Part shown: piece by piece, positions 1 to 8,906 of the stretch
Layout: every line of letters begins with the position of its first letter
Numbering within the stretch: the first letter of the stretch is position 1
Assembly: GCA_035358955.1 (NCBI GenBank)
Contig: DAORXN010000007.1
Location: forward strand, 27,174 to 91,173
Direction: 5' to 3'
Length of the DNA stretch: 64,000 nucleotides
From: Syntrophales bacterium
Lineage (GTDB): Bacteria > Desulfobacterota > Syntrophia > Syntrophales > UBA8958
The notes under the pieces: generated by a model
Database searches by the model: none
Told to the model about the DNA's origin: nothing
What the model saw: the letters and a program-made list of their open reading frames with translations, nothing else
Made by a program: the position numbers and the translations under genes

Positions 1-716
1 ATGGAGGTATAAAAGGTACGTACCCCCGCCTCGTAGGCGGCCAGGCAATTGGCAATGGCGGTCCCTCTCGTGTTGTGGAAGTGAACCCCTAAGTTGGTCT
101 CCTCGCTTAAAGCGAGAAGCTTCCTTACGAGGTCCTTTACCTGTTTGGGGTTTGCCATTCCCGTGGAGTCCACGAGGACGATTTCCCTGGCCCCCATATA
201 GCTCAAGGTCAGGAAGAGTTGTATTACCTCCTCCTCCACCACTATTCCTTCGTAGGGGCAACCGAAAGCGGTCATGAGGTAGCTTCTGATACCTTTATTA
301 TGCGTCTGGGTGACCTCGAAAATGGCGGGCAAAATTTTGTTTATCGTCTCTTTTCTGCTTCTTCCCACGCTCAGATGGTTGAAAGTATCCGAGACGGCAA
401 TCAGGGTAAGGATCTCGTCCACATCGGAAACCAGGGCCCGGCGGCAGCCAATTTCGTTGGGAACGAGCCCGATGTAAGTCACACCCTCCTTTTTGCCCAA
501 GCGGGCCATTACCTCTTCCGCATCGGCCGTCTCGGGGATGAGGCGGGGATGGGTAAAGGCGACACTTTCGATGTATTTAATCCCTGCCTGGGTCAGGAGG
601 TGGATGTAATCTACCTTTTCTTCTGCCGAAGCGCCACCGCAAACGACGGGCAAACCATCTCGCGGAGATACTTCCACGATGGTAACCGCCTCGTCGTTAT
701 GTCTTGTTTTCGTCAT
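1..716 (-). CDS. Hydroxymethylglutaryl-CoA lyase-like (HMGL / DRE-TIM family) protein; C-terminus runs off the window start
   Basis: Absent from the ORF track because it is open at the window edge. My minus-strand translation from the ATG (complement of 714-716) reads MTKTRHNDEAVTIVEVSPRDGLPVV...VAFTHPRLIPETADAEEV...LGVHFHNTRGTAIANCLAAYEAGV. This carries the EVxPRDG and HxHNTxG motifs of HMG-CoA lyase-type TIM barrels. The + ORF 219-749 is its antisense shadow. Confidence 0.8.
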   Translation of the reverse strand, partial: MTKTRHNDEAVTIVEVSPRDGLPVVCGGASAEEKVDYIHLLTQAGIKYIESVAFTHPRLIPETADAEEVMARLGKKEGVTYIGLVPNEIGCRRALVSDVDEILTLIAVSDTFNHLSVGRSRKETINKILPAIFEVTQTHNKGIRSYLMTAFGCPYEGIVVEEEVIQLFLTLSYMGAREIVLVDSTGMANPKQVKDLVRKLLALSEETNLGVHFHNTRGTAIANCLAAYEAGVRTFYTS

Positions 717-771
717 GCGGTTCGTCCCCAACAAGGGTTTCATCTATAAGCATATATCGTTCCAGTTTTTC

Positions 772-2049
772 CTATTCGAGGCCGTATTCCTTCAATTTTT
801 GATAGAAGGTCCGGCGGCTGATACCTAAGCGTTTGATCGCGGAAGATTTATTGGGGGATTGTTCCAGGGCTTCCTGGATCAAGGTCCTTTCCACTTCCTT
901 CAGTATATCCGGCAACGATTGATGGAGGGGAAGACCGGCCTTTTTTTTTGACGAGGCCGGGGGCTGAACGATGGGAAAGAGAAAACGGGGAAGAGAATTG
1001 GGGGTAACGAGTTTCGAAGGGCTCATGTTGACGGCATAATTTACTACCCCCTTTAATTCCCTAACGTTTCCCGGCCAGTCGTAGGAGAGGAGAATCTCCA
1101 TGGTGGATGGGAGAAACTTCATGCGTTTGTCACCCCCTTCGACCTGGGAGAGGAAATGCTCCACCAGGAGGGGGATGTCGTTTTTCCGTTCTCTTAAAGG
1201 GGGGAGCTCAATCGTAAACGTATTGAGACGGTAGTAGAGGTCTTCCCGAAAGGTTTTCTGAGCGATGAGTTTCTTTAGGTCCTGGTTCGTGGCAGATATG
1301 ACCCGCACATCAACGATGACGTTGCGATTTCCCCCTACCCTTTTAAAACAACCGTCTTCCAGCACCCGCAGTAGTTTGGATTGAGCCTGGAGGGAGGCAT
1401 CTCCGATCTCATCGAGGAATATGGTACCTTCATGGGCGAGGTCGAAATACCCCACCCGTCCCTCTTTCCTCGCCCCCGTGAAAGCCCCCCTTTCGTAGCC
1501 GAAGAGTTCGCTTTCGATAAGACTCTCCGGTATGGCCGCACAGTTTACATCCACGAGGGCCTTTTCCCGGCGCCGGCTGGTACGATGAATGGCGCGGGCC
1601 AGTATCTCCTTTCCCGTGCCGCTCTCTCCCATAATGAGAACGGGGAGGTCGGATTTGGCCGCCCGCTTGGCGATGAGAAGCGCCCGCCTGAATTGGGGGT
1701 CCTCACCTACCAGTTCTTGGAATTCCGGGCCTAAGTCCTCCGAAAAATCTGAGGTCGAGGCTTCTGAAGGAAGGTCTAATCCCGCCCTTTCCCGTATCAG
1801 CAGGAAATAGCGGTCCTCTTTGTTTACCTGGTATACAGTTGCCTCTCTTCCGTCTGACAGAGGGATGTGAGAGGGATACTTCGTATCTTCGGAAATATAT
1901 TTCGAAATGAAGGGCCATTGATCTCGGAAGGCCCGTTCTTCCGGAAAGAACCTTTCAAAACATCGATTTTTGTATATCACGCGCCCCCGAGCAGTGACGA
2001 GGGCTATGGCGTCGGAAGCATCGTCGAGAAAGTTAAAAAAAGGTTCCAT
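772..2049 (-). CDS. Sigma-54-dependent transcriptional activator (PAS-like N-terminus, AAA+ sigma-54 interaction domain, Fis-type HTH)
   Basis: 425 aa. Walker A GESGTGKE, sigma-54 contact loop ESELFGYERGAFTGA, Walker B FLDEIG, C-terminal HTH SAIKRLGISRRTFYQKLKEY. No receiver domain. Confidence 0.9.
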   Translation of the reverse strand: MEPFFNFLDDASDAIALVTARGRVIYKNRCFERFFPEERAFRDQWPFISKYISEDTKYPSHIPLSDGREATVYQVNKEDRYFLLIRERAGLDLPSEASTSDFSEDLGPEFQELVGEDPQFRRALLIAKRAAKSDLPVLIMGESGTGKEILARAIHRTSRRREKALVDVNCAAIPESLIESELFGYERGAFTGARKEGRVGYFDLAHEGTIFLDEIGDASLQAQSKLLRVLEDGCFKRVGGNRNVIVDVRVISATNQDLKKLIAQKTFREDLYYRLNTFTIELPPLRERKNDIPLLVEHFLSQVEGGDKRMKFLPSTMEILLSYDWPGNVRELKGVVNYAVNMSPSKLVTPNSLPRFLFPIVQPPASSKKKAGLPLHQSLPDILKEVERTLIQEALEQSPNKSSAIKRLGISRRTFYQKLKEYGLE

Positions 2050-2180
2050 CTTTTAAAGCCTGCCGGATTGCGTGTTTATTTTTTATACATCTCTCGCGAA
2101 ACTTTTGTCAACGAGATTTGAGCCTGCGCCCTTTTTTTGTTAAGCGGGTTATAAAATGTGCCTTTTGAGGAGGTGCCGAT

Positions 2181-2196
2181 TGGTATGTTCCTTGCT
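2181..2196 (+). promoter_or_regulatory. Candidate sigma-54 (-24/-12) promoter for the hbd-led operon
   Basis: TGGTATGTTCCTTGCT has the GG and GC dinucleotides at exactly the spacing of the consensus TGGCAC-N5-TTGCW. It ends 53 nt upstream of the hbd ATG and is divergent from the sigma-54 activator gene. Confidence 0.6.
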
Positions 2197-2248
2197 CAAC
2201 AGGCGTAAGTTTGACGATTATGCCGAATAATACTTAAGGAGGCAGCAT

Positions 2249-3136
2249 ATGGAAGTGAAGAGAATTTTGGTCGTCGGAGCGGGTCTTATGGGCAGTGGGA
2301 TTACCCAGGTGGCCGCCCAGAACGGTTACGAGGTGATTTTGAACGATGTTTCCCTGGAATTGGTGGATCGCGCCTGGGGGAATATCGAGAAAAATCTGGA
2401 TGGACAGGTAAAAAAAGAGAAGATTTCCGCCGCGGATAAAGAGGCGACGCTGGCGCGCATATCCAAATCGGCCGATCTCGCCGACGGGGAAAAGGCGGAT
2501 TTCGTCATCGAAGCTGCTTTTGAAAACTATGAGGTGAAGAAGGGGATCTTCCAAAAGTTGGATGAAATTTGTCGCCCCGAGGTGATCCTTGCTTCCAATA
2601 CCTCCTCTATTCCCATCAACTCTCTGGCTTCGGTAACGAAGAGGCCCGATCGCTTCATCGGCATGCACTTCTTTAGCCCCGTTCCCGTTATGAGGCTGGT
2701 GGAGGTGATTAGGGCACTAAAAACATCGGAGGAAACGACGAAGACCACGGAAGAAATCGCCCACCGTATGAAGAAAGAGACGGTCCGGGTGAAGGATGTG
2801 CCCGGTTTCCTGGTGAACCGGGTCAATGCGGCCTTTAGGGCTGAATGCTATCAGTGTCTCCTGGAGGGGGTTGCTTCTCTCGAAGATATTGACAAGGCCA
2901 TCAAACTCGGGTTGAATCATCCCATGGGTCCCTTTGAACTGGCCGATTTTGTCGGCCTTGAAATCGGTTTGAACGTGTTCAAGACCCTCTATGAAGGCTA
3001 TAAAGATCCCAAGTTCCGTCCTCCACTACTCCTCGAAAAGATGGTTCAGTGCGGTGACTTAGGGCGAAAAACGGGCAAAGGTTGGTACGATTATACCTCC
3101 GGGGAGAAGAAGCCGAGAACGGATATTAACCTTTAA
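2249..3136 (+). CDS. hbd: 3-hydroxybutyryl-CoA / 3-hydroxyacyl-CoA dehydrogenase (NAD-binding)
   Basis: 295 aa. Rossmann motif VVGAGLMGSGITQVAAQNGYEV, typical Hbd length and C-terminal dimerisation domain. RBS AAGGAGG upstream. Confidence 0.9.
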   Translation: MEVKRILVVGAGLMGSGITQVAAQNGYEVILNDVSLELVDRAWGNIEKNLDGQVKKEKISAADKEATLARISKSADLADGEKADFVIEAAFENYEVKKGIFQKLDEICRPEVILASNTSSIPINSLASVTKRPDRFIGMHFFSPVPVMRLVEVIRALKTSEETTKTTEEIAHRMKKETVRVKDVPGFLVNRVNAAFRAECYQCLLEGVASLEDIDKAIKLGLNHPMGPFELADFVGLEIGLNVFKTLYEGYKDPKFRPPLLLEKMVQCGDLGRKTGKGWYDYTSGEKKPRTDINL

Positions 3137-3160
3137 AAAATAAGGCGAAAGGGTGAAGAT

Positions 3161-4423
3161 ATGGAAAAGGTAGTCATATTGAGTTGTGCGCGGACGCCTA
3201 TCGGGGCATACGGAGGGTCCTTGAAGGACGTCCCCGTCTACCGGTTGGCGAGCGCGGTCCTTAAGGCAGCGGCCGAAAGGGCCAAGGTAGATCCCGCCCA
3301 GGTCGATGACGTGATCATGGGCAGTGCCTATCAGAATGGGGAGTGCGCCAACGGCGCCCGCATGGCCATCCTCGATGCCGGCTGGCCCGACACCGTGCCC
3401 GGGGTGGTGATCGACCGGCGCTGTTGCTCCGGGCTGGATGCTATATTTATGGGGGCCATGAAGATCCAGACGGGGAATGCCGATATCGTCATTGCCGGTG
3501 GTATGGACTCCATGAGTCAGGCGGAGCTCTACATTCCAGGCGATATAAAATGGGGACTGGGTGGAAAGAACCACGAAAAATACGGTTTCATGCCCCGTGG
3601 TCATGGAGCCCTCGCCATGTGGGGGATTCCTCTGTATGACCGGATTCAGAGGGCCCGGGTCATGTCGCAGCCTGTCCATCGCTACGGGGAGCTGAGCTCC
3701 ATGATGACTTGGGCCGAGACGGCGGCCAAAAGGGAAAACATCAGCCGCGAGGAGGCCGATCGGTGGGCCTTAAGGAGCCACATGCGCGCCGTAGCAGCCC
3801 AGGATGCCGGTAAATTTGCCGAGGAAATAGTCCCCATTCCTATCGGAAAGGGCAAGACAGGAGAGGATTTGGTCTTTTCTACCGATGAGGGGCCCCGAAG
3901 GGATACGACCCTCGAGAAACTGGCCCGTCTGAGACCTGTTTACCCCGATGGGGTATGCACGGCGGGAAATTCCTCTTCCGAAAATGACGGAGCCGCCGTC
4001 GTGGTTTTGGCCTCGGAGAAGAAGGCAAGAGAGCTCGGCCTCGAACCCATGGCCGTGTTCCGGGCATGTGCCGTTGCCGCCACGGATCCCACCCTTACCT
4101 ATCCGGCTGTGCCGGAAGCGGTGAGCAAGGCCCTCGCCAAAGTAGGGGCGACCATTCACGATATGGACTTAATTGAGGTGCAGGAGGCCTTTGCCGTCCA
4201 GTGCCTGGCCGATGCGAGGATGTGCGGCCTTTCCGATGAGGAGATGGAGGAAAAGGTCAACGTAAACGGGTCGGGCATCTCCCTCGGGCATCCCATCGGG
4301 GCGACGGGGACCATGAGGCTCACCACCCTCTTGTATGAGATGAAACGTCGTAACGCACGCTACGGATTGGAAACGATCTGCGGCGGTGGCGGTCAGGGTA
4401 TCTGTATGATTGTGGAAAGATAA
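3161..4423 (+). CDS. Acetyl-CoA acetyltransferase (thiolase) family protein
   Basis: 420 aa. Active-site Cys region DRRCCSGLDA, C-terminal thiolase signatures NVNGSGISLGHPIGATG and CGGGGQG. Confidence 0.9.
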   Translation: MEKVVILSCARTPIGAYGGSLKDVPVYRLASAVLKAAAERAKVDPAQVDDVIMGSAYQNGECANGARMAILDAGWPDTVPGVVIDRRCCSGLDAIFMGAMKIQTGNADIVIAGGMDSMSQAELYIPGDIKWGLGGKNHEKYGFMPRGHGALAMWGIPLYDRIQRARVMSQPVHRYGELSSMMTWAETAAKRENISREEADRWALRSHMRAVAAQDAGKFAEEIVPIPIGKGKTGEDLVFSTDEGPRRDTTLEKLARLRPVYPDGVCTAGNSSSENDGAAVVVLASEKKARELGLEPMAVFRACAVAATDPTLTYPAVPEAVSKALAKVGATIHDMDLIEVQEAFAVQCLADARMCGLSDEEMEEKVNVNGSGISLGHPIGATGTMRLTTLLYEMKRRNARYGLETICGGGGQGICMIVER

Positions 4424-4439
4424 AAAAAGGAGGCAAACG

Positions 4440-5597
4440 ATGGATTTTGCACTGACGGATGAACAAAAGATGTTGCAGGAGATGGCGAGGGATTTCGCCG
4501 AGAACGAAATCAAACCCTATGTAGAAGAGGATGAGAAGAACCAACACTGGCGTCGAGAGATATTCGAAAAAATGGCGGAGTTGGGTTTTTTCGGCTTCTG
4601 CATTGATGAGAAGTACGGCGGAAATGGTATGGGATTTTTGGAGGGTGTACTGGTAATCGAGCAGATTGCCAAGGTGCATACCTCCTGGCGGATGGCGTTC
4701 AATATGCAGTGCTGGGGGCCGGCCCTGACCATTCAGAAGTTCGGCACGGAGGAGCAGAAGAAGCATTACATTCCCAAGTTCGTAAGCGGCGAGTACGTGG
4801 GCAGCTTTGCCATGACGGAGCCGGATGTAGGTTCCGATGTGGCGGCCATGAAGTGTCGGGCGGAAGACAAGGGGGATTACTTCCTTCTCAACGGGACCAA
4901 GATGTGGATAACGAACGGTACCGTTTGCGATCATGGTCTGCTCTACGTAAAGACGGACAAAGATGCGGGGGCACGGGGGGTTACGTGCCTCATCATGGAT
5001 TATAGCCTTCCCGGTATCACCCGTCGGAAGATTCACGATAAGGTGGGGCTCCTCGCTTCGGATACGGCGGAAATCACCTTTGAGGATGTGAAGGTACCCA
5101 AGGAGCTCGTTCTGGGCAAGGTAAACGAGGGTTTCGGGATCTGCATGACCCAGCTCAACGCCACCCGCTTAGGCTGTGCGGCAGGGGCCTTGGGTCTTTC
5201 CGGTGCCATCCTCGAAGCTTCGATCAAGTACGCCACGGAGCGTTCCCAGTTCGGCCAGCTCATAGGTCGTTACCAGCTTATCCAGCAGCAGATCGCCGAG
5301 ATGAAGATGAATCACGATGCCTTAAAGTATCTCGTCTATCAGGCTGCTTGGTTGAAGGATAGAGGCCTTCCCAATACGATGGAAACGTCCATGGCCAAGT
5401 TGTTCGGGGCCAAGGTGGTGGTCCACGATGCCAATGAGTGCATGAAACTGTACGGTTCTTTCGGTTACTCCGAGGAGTATCCCTGTGGCAGGTTCTTGAG
5501 GGATTCCAAGCAATTCGAAACGCTGGAAGGCACATCCAACATGCACACCATGATTATCGCCAACGCCGCCCTGGGATTTGCGCCCAACCGGGCATAG
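4440..5597 (+). CDS. Acyl-CoA dehydrogenase (short/medium-chain type)
   Basis: The ORF track starts at 4410. The ATG at 4440 follows AAAGGAGG and gives MDFALTDEQKMLQE, a typical ACAD N-terminus. Motifs AMTEPDVGSD, WITNG and a C-terminal catalytic-Glu region ..QFETLEGTSNMH... Confidence 0.9.
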   Translation: MDFALTDEQKMLQEMARDFAENEIKPYVEEDEKNQHWRREIFEKMAELGFFGFCIDEKYGGNGMGFLEGVLVIEQIAKVHTSWRMAFNMQCWGPALTIQKFGTEEQKKHYIPKFVSGEYVGSFAMTEPDVGSDVAAMKCRAEDKGDYFLLNGTKMWITNGTVCDHGLLYVKTDKDAGARGVTCLIMDYSLPGITRRKIHDKVGLLASDTAEITFEDVKVPKELVLGKVNEGFGICMTQLNATRLGCAAGALGLSGAILEASIKYATERSQFGQLIGRYQLIQQQIAEMKMNHDALKYLVYQAAWLKDRGLPNTMETSMAKLFGAKVVVHDANECMKLYGSFGYSEEYPCGRFLRDSKQFETLEGTSNMHTMIIANAALGFAPNRA

Positions 5598-5664
5598 AAG
5601 AACTAGGGGCGCGGCCAATGGAAGCTTGCGCCCCTTTTGAATTCTTGTCAAGGAAGGAGGCTTT

Positions 5665-6834
5665 ATGGGAAGAGTTGCCATTATCGGCGTAGGACAAAGC
5701 ACCTTCGTCCGCAATTATCCGGGCGGCATCAGGGAACTCGCCTTTGAGGGGTTCAAGGAAGCCATGGTCGATGCGGGTATCAAGTCATCGGACATAAGCG
5801 CGTCCGTGGTGTGCTCCGCACCGGAATATGACAAACAGAGATCACCTGCCGGGGTGATTGCCGAGTACCTAGGGTTGAACCCTCAGCCCACATTCTACGT
5901 GGAAAGCCTGTGTTCGTCGAGTAGCATGGGGCTTCGGGTGGCTTATGCCCTCGTTGAGTCGGGACTACACGATGTAGTGGCAGTGATAGGCTTCCAGAAG
6001 ATGTCGGAGATAACCTCCGCGGAGTCTCAGGAAAGAATGGGCCGGGGGGCAGATATTCAATGGGAAAGCCCCTTCGGCACCATGATGCCCGCCTATTATG
6101 CCATGTATGCTCGTGCCCACATGGCAAAGTACGGCACCACACCGGAAGATCTCGCCCTCATCCGGGTAAAGGCGTCAACCTACGGCCAGATCAATGAAAA
6201 AGCCGTTTATCGGAAGGCGGTGACCCTCGATATGTTCTCTGACCTCTCCAATCCCATGTCTGCTCCGGTGGCCAGTCCCTTGAGGGTAGGTGATTGCTGC
6301 GCCAACGCCGATGGTAGTTCCTGCGTGATCGTGGCCAATGAAGAGAAGGCCAAGCTCTTTTCAAAAAAACCGGTTTGGATTTTAGGCTTGGGTTCAGCGA
6401 CGGCCCCCGTCAACATGGCGGGAAGAGACCTCTTCACAGGCCTGGCCGTGGCGCGGGCGGCGGCCGAACAGGCCTACCGGATGGCGGGTATTCAGCCCAG
6501 CCAGGTTGACGTGGCGGAAGTGCACGATTGTTTCACCATTGCAGAAATGATGGCCTATGAAGATTTGGGATTCGCCCGGCCCGGCGAAGGGAAGGAGCTC
6601 ATAAGGAGTAAGGAAACATACAAGGAAGGACGCATTCCCGTCAACGTGGACGGGGGGCTACTTTCCAAGGGGCATCCCATAGGTGCCACCGGCGGTTCTC
6701 AGATCCGCACCATCGTCCTGCAGTTGAGGGGCGAGGCGGGACCCATGCAGGTGAAGGACCCCACCATCGGCCTCGTGCATAACATAGGCGGGGTGGGGCT
6801 GTACGGAAACGTGACCATCTTGGGGAGGGAATGA
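5665..6834 (+). CDS. SCP-x-type (thiolase-like) acetyl-CoA acyltransferase
   Basis: 389 aa. Thiolase fold with ESLCSSSSMG active-site Cys region and C-terminal GGLLSKGHPIGATG. Translationally coupled (ATGA overlap) to a DUF35 gene, a common pairing. Confidence 0.8.
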   Translation: MGRVAIIGVGQSTFVRNYPGGIRELAFEGFKEAMVDAGIKSSDISASVVCSAPEYDKQRSPAGVIAEYLGLNPQPTFYVESLCSSSSMGLRVAYALVESGLHDVVAVIGFQKMSEITSAESQERMGRGADIQWESPFGTMMPAYYAMYARAHMAKYGTTPEDLALIRVKASTYGQINEKAVYRKAVTLDMFSDLSNPMSAPVASPLRVGDCCANADGSSCVIVANEEKAKLFSKKPVWILGLGSATAPVNMAGRDLFTGLAVARAAAEQAYRMAGIQPSQVDVAEVHDCFTIAEMMAYEDLGFARPGEGKELIRSKETYKEGRIPVNVDGGLLSKGHPIGATGGSQIRTIVLQLRGEAGPMQVKDPTIGLVHNIGGVGLYGNVTILGRE

Positions 6835-7256
6835 CCATGGATGACAGATTCAAGAGATTCGGTACCATAAGTTTTACGGCCACGACCAAAACGAACGACT
6901 TCATTTCCCATCTCGAGGCAGGAGAAGTTACGGGTACCCGTTGCCGGGTATGTGGCAAGGTATACTTCCCTCCCCGGGCCGATTGCTTTGCTTGCCTGTC
7001 CAGTGACATGGAGTGGTTCCCCGTAAGCGGGAAGGGTCGCCTCGTTACGTACAGTACCTTGAGGTATGCACCCGTGGGTTTTGAGAAGGATGTGCCCTAC
7101 ACCATCGCGGTGGTCGATTTCGGGCATTTCAAGGTCTTCGGCCGTCTGGCGAAGGAGATTCCGGAAGAAAAGGTTTCCGTGGGGATGGAACTCAAGGTGA
7201 AGGTAAACGAACTTCCAAACGGTCAATTGAATTACGTTTTTAGTATCCCCGATTGA
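6831..7256 (+). CDS. DUF35-type zinc-ribbon / OB-fold protein (thiolase partner, BbsA-like)
   Basis: 141 aa. Rubredoxin-like ribbon CRVCGKVYFPPRADCFAC followed by an OB-fold-like C-terminus. Start overlaps the stop of the upstream thiolase. Confidence 0.8.
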   Translation: MTMDDRFKRFGTISFTATTKTNDFISHLEAGEVTGTRCRVCGKVYFPPRADCFACLSSDMEWFPVSGKGRLVTYSTLRYAPVGFEKDVPYTIAVVDFGHFKVFGRLAKEIPEEKVSVGMELKVKVNELPNGQLNYVFSIPD

Positions 7257-7312
7257 CGGCCGACCCGTGAAGGTATAAAGGGGTAAGAGCATTAAAATAA
7301 GGAGGAGAAGAA

Positions 7313-8821
7313 GTGAGAACCAAAGAGGATTACATTAAAGCCTTATCGAAGATGAAGAGAAACGTGTATTTCAACGGCGAGCGGATCGATCGGACGGACG
7401 AGCTTCAGATGGACTGTATTAACACGATTGGGACTACCTATGATGAGGCGCTCAAGCCGGAGAATCAGGAGCTCATGACGGCCATTTCCCATCTCACGGG
7501 GGAGCGGATCAATCGTTTTACCCACATTCATCAGAACACGGATGATTTGCACAAGAAGCAGGACATGACGCGCATGCTTTGCCAGAAGGTGGGCAGGTGC
7601 ATCCAGCGTTGCATGGGAATCGATGCGGCCAATGCCATTTACAATGTCTCCTATGAAGCGGACAAGATGAACAATGGGGCGACGGAGTATCATGAGAATT
7701 TTAAGAAGTGGCTTATTCGGTTTCAGACGGAGGATTTGATTGGTTGTTGTGGTCAGACGGATGTGAAGGGGGATCGGATGTTGAGGCCGGCGGAGCAGCC
7801 GGATCCGAGTGTGTATGTGCGGATTAAGGAGAGGTTGAAGGATGGTATTGTGGTGGAGGGTTGTAAGCTTCACATTTCGGAGGCTTCGGTGGCGGATGAG
7901 ATACTTGTGGTGCCTACTCGGGCGTTGCGTCCTCAGGATAAGGATTATGCCGTTTCTTTTGCCATTCCCGGCGACTGGGACGGCTTGAAACAGGTGGTCA
8001 CCATTCATAGCCTCCGGAAGAGAGAGTTCTTCAAAAGGGGGTTTGCGGAAGGCTCCACGGACTCCTATTTGATTTTTGAGGATTGTTTTGTTCCTTGGGA
8101 GCGGGTGTTTTTGGCTGGGGAGTGGCAGCATGGTGGGGTTTTGGCGTTGCTCTTTGCCCTTTTCCACCGTCATTCCTACTCGGGATGCAAGCCGGCCCTG
8201 GGAGACATACTGCTCGGGACCGCGGCCCTGGCGGCGGAGGTGAACAACATCCATAAGACCTCCCACGTAAGGGAGAAGCTCGCGGAAATTATCATGGTGA
8301 CGGAGTTGGGCTATGCGGCGGGGTACACGGCCTCTTCTTTGGGCGGTCCACGGGTCTTCATGCCCGGTCGGGGTTTTATCCCCTACGGTCCCGGCTCTTA
8401 CATCCCCCATTCCATCTACTGTAACGTGGGTAGGTGCCTGACGGGTGAGGCGGTCTTCCGGGAGATGGAAATCCTCTGCGATATTGCCGGTGGGGTGGTG
8501 GCAACGTTCCCCCATGAGAAAGACTTTGTCAATCCCGAGACGGGTCCGCAGCTCCTTCGGTACACGAAGAGGAACCCCGAGATGCCGGTGGAAGACCAGG
8601 CCCAGTTCTGGCGCTACCTGGGGGATATCCTCTGCTCTGCTATGGGAGGCGTGAGCAACATTGGTTCCTACCACGGTGGTGGTTCGCCCATTATGGAGCA
8701 GATTGCCATTACGACCCAGTACGACATCGAGTCCCGGAAAAAGCTGGTCCGTTACATCGCCGGCATGAGTGGAGGAGACCGGGAAGCCCTGGCCAAAACC
8801 ATGTTGAATTCAGAAAAGTAA
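7313..8821 (+). CDS. abfD: 4-hydroxybutyryl-CoA dehydratase / vinylacetyl-CoA delta-isomerase family enzyme
   Basis: 502 aa, GTG start after AAGGAGG. It is co-linear with the Clostridium aminobutyricum AbfD sequence as I remember it: INRFTHIHQNTDDLHKK..CQKVGRCIQRCMGIDAANA and HRHSYSGCK. This conserves the Cys-x3-Cys and His/Cys [4Fe-4S] ligand positions. Confidence 0.85.
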   Translation: MRTKEDYIKALSKMKRNVYFNGERIDRTDELQMDCINTIGTTYDEALKPENQELMTAISHLTGERINRFTHIHQNTDDLHKKQDMTRMLCQKVGRCIQRCMGIDAANAIYNVSYEADKMNNGATEYHENFKKWLIRFQTEDLIGCCGQTDVKGDRMLRPAEQPDPSVYVRIKERLKDGIVVEGCKLHISEASVADEILVVPTRALRPQDKDYAVSFAIPGDWDGLKQVVTIHSLRKREFFKRGFAEGSTDSYLIFEDCFVPWERVFLAGEWQHGGVLALLFALFHRHSYSGCKPALGDILLGTAALAAEVNNIHKTSHVREKLAEIIMVTELGYAAGYTASSLGGPRVFMPGRGFIPYGPGSYIPHSIYCNVGRCLTGEAVFREMEILCDIAGGVVATFPHEKDFVNPETGPQLLRYTKRNPEMPVEDQAQFWRYLGDILCSAMGGVSNIGSYHGGGSPIMEQIAITTQYDIESRKKLVRYIAGMSGGDREALAKTMLNSEK

Positions 8822-8906
8822 GTGGCAGAAAAATTGTTGGCGGGGATGGGAAGAAGATGCCCCATCCCCGCTTTATTTTGCATGACCTAGAAAAAAAGGA
8901 GCGGAC

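Noticed and set aside
219-749. 176-aa + strand ORF at the window start.
   Set aside because: The minus strand here encodes an HMG-CoA lyase-like protein with conserved motifs. The + ORF is its antisense shadow.
7343-8674. 443-aa minus-strand ORF antisense to the abfD-like gene.
   Set aside because: It is Arg/His/Pro/Leu-rich and low in complexity with no recognisable motif, and it is fully contained in a confidently identified + strand gene. This is a typical antisense shadow ORF.
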